Below, piece by piece: positions 63,733 to 64,000 of a DNA stretch of 64,000 bases (the first letter of the stretch is position 1; the number at the start of each line of letters is the position of its first letter). This DNA is from a virus, in IMG/VR virus record IMGVR_UViG_3300017963_000253, positions 1 through 64,000 of that record; one strand, written 5' to 3'. The translations under genes were made by a program, and so were the position numbers. The notes under the pieces were generated by a model, which was not told where the DNA came from, made no database searches, and saw nothing but the letters and a program-made list of their open reading frames with translations.

Positions 63733-64000
63733 GTAAGAACGGGTACGCCATACTCCGGACCTCCACCCTGGCGTGGCTTCTGGAGCAGTCGAAGTCGAAA
63801 GTAGGGGAAGCGCCTCATCAAGTCCTCTCGGAGATTGCGGAGTTGGTGGAGAACCCGAAGGTGGAACCACCTCCGGATCTGGAGTTGGAACTCCGGGGAT
63901 CCGGTCCGCTCCTGACGGTAGAGGAGCACGTCTCGCTCCTGGAGGACGCGGACCTGGGACTCCCGACGGATCGTCACGGTGGAAGCTTCTGGAGGCTGGT
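63729..64000 (+). CDS. hypothetical protein (3' truncated)
   Basis: ATGA overlap, MSKNGYAILRTSTLAWLL..., open to the window end. Confidence 0.55.
   Translation, partial: MSKNGYAILRTSTLAWLLEQSKSKVGEAPHQVLSEIAELVENPKVEPPPDLELELRGSGPLLTVEEHVSLLEDADLGLPTDRHGGSFWRL

Noticed and set aside
1-64000. tRNA/rRNA genes and genome-wide stop codon reassignment
   Set aside because: No cloverleaf or rRNA-like segment noticed; genes end normally at TAA, TAG and TGA under the standard code

Overview
This window is an internal 64 kb segment of a large, high-GC tailed phage with a contractile tail (myovirus). Every credible gene is on the + strand; capsid, portal and terminase genes lie outside the window. All family assignments come from motif recognition by eye; no database searches were run. 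Layout: (1) 0.2-26.6 kb virion genes: putative head/neck decoration proteins, connector, closure, sheath, tube, a -1 frameshifted tail chaperone, tape measure, an eCIS-like baseplate and a tail fibre. (2) 27.2-29.7 kb lysis/membrane genes: LL-H-like holin, an overlapped spanin-like pair and a stand-alone MshEN (c-di-GMP receptor-like) protein. (3) A promoter, structured small RNA and terminator at about 29.7 kb. (4) 29.9-37.3 kb replication: SF2 helicase, wHTH initiator with internal iterons, DnaC-like loader, DnaB and primase. (5) 37.3-40.7 kb: membrane metallopeptidase, AT-rich palindromic site, serine recombinase and a sigma-like factor with an inserted C2H2 zinc finger. (6) 40.7-50.5 kb, the main candidate novel system: a putative nucleotide/DNA modification operon with an FAD oxidoreductase, dUTPase/MazG-HAD fusion, ThyX with a remodelled active site, dNMP kinase, NDP-sugar SDR and a low-GC IbrB-X-IbrA module. 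It runs into a family B DNA polymerase whose motif B Asn is replaced by Leu. (7) 50.5-59.5 kb recombination/repair: RecA, split SbcD, SbcC, SSB, DNA methyltransferase and RuvC. (8) RlpA-like and amidase lysins and a second, degenerate SDR. The SSB style, MshEN and spanin-like genes suggest a Gram-negative host, possibly deltaproteobacterial/Myxococcota-like (inference).
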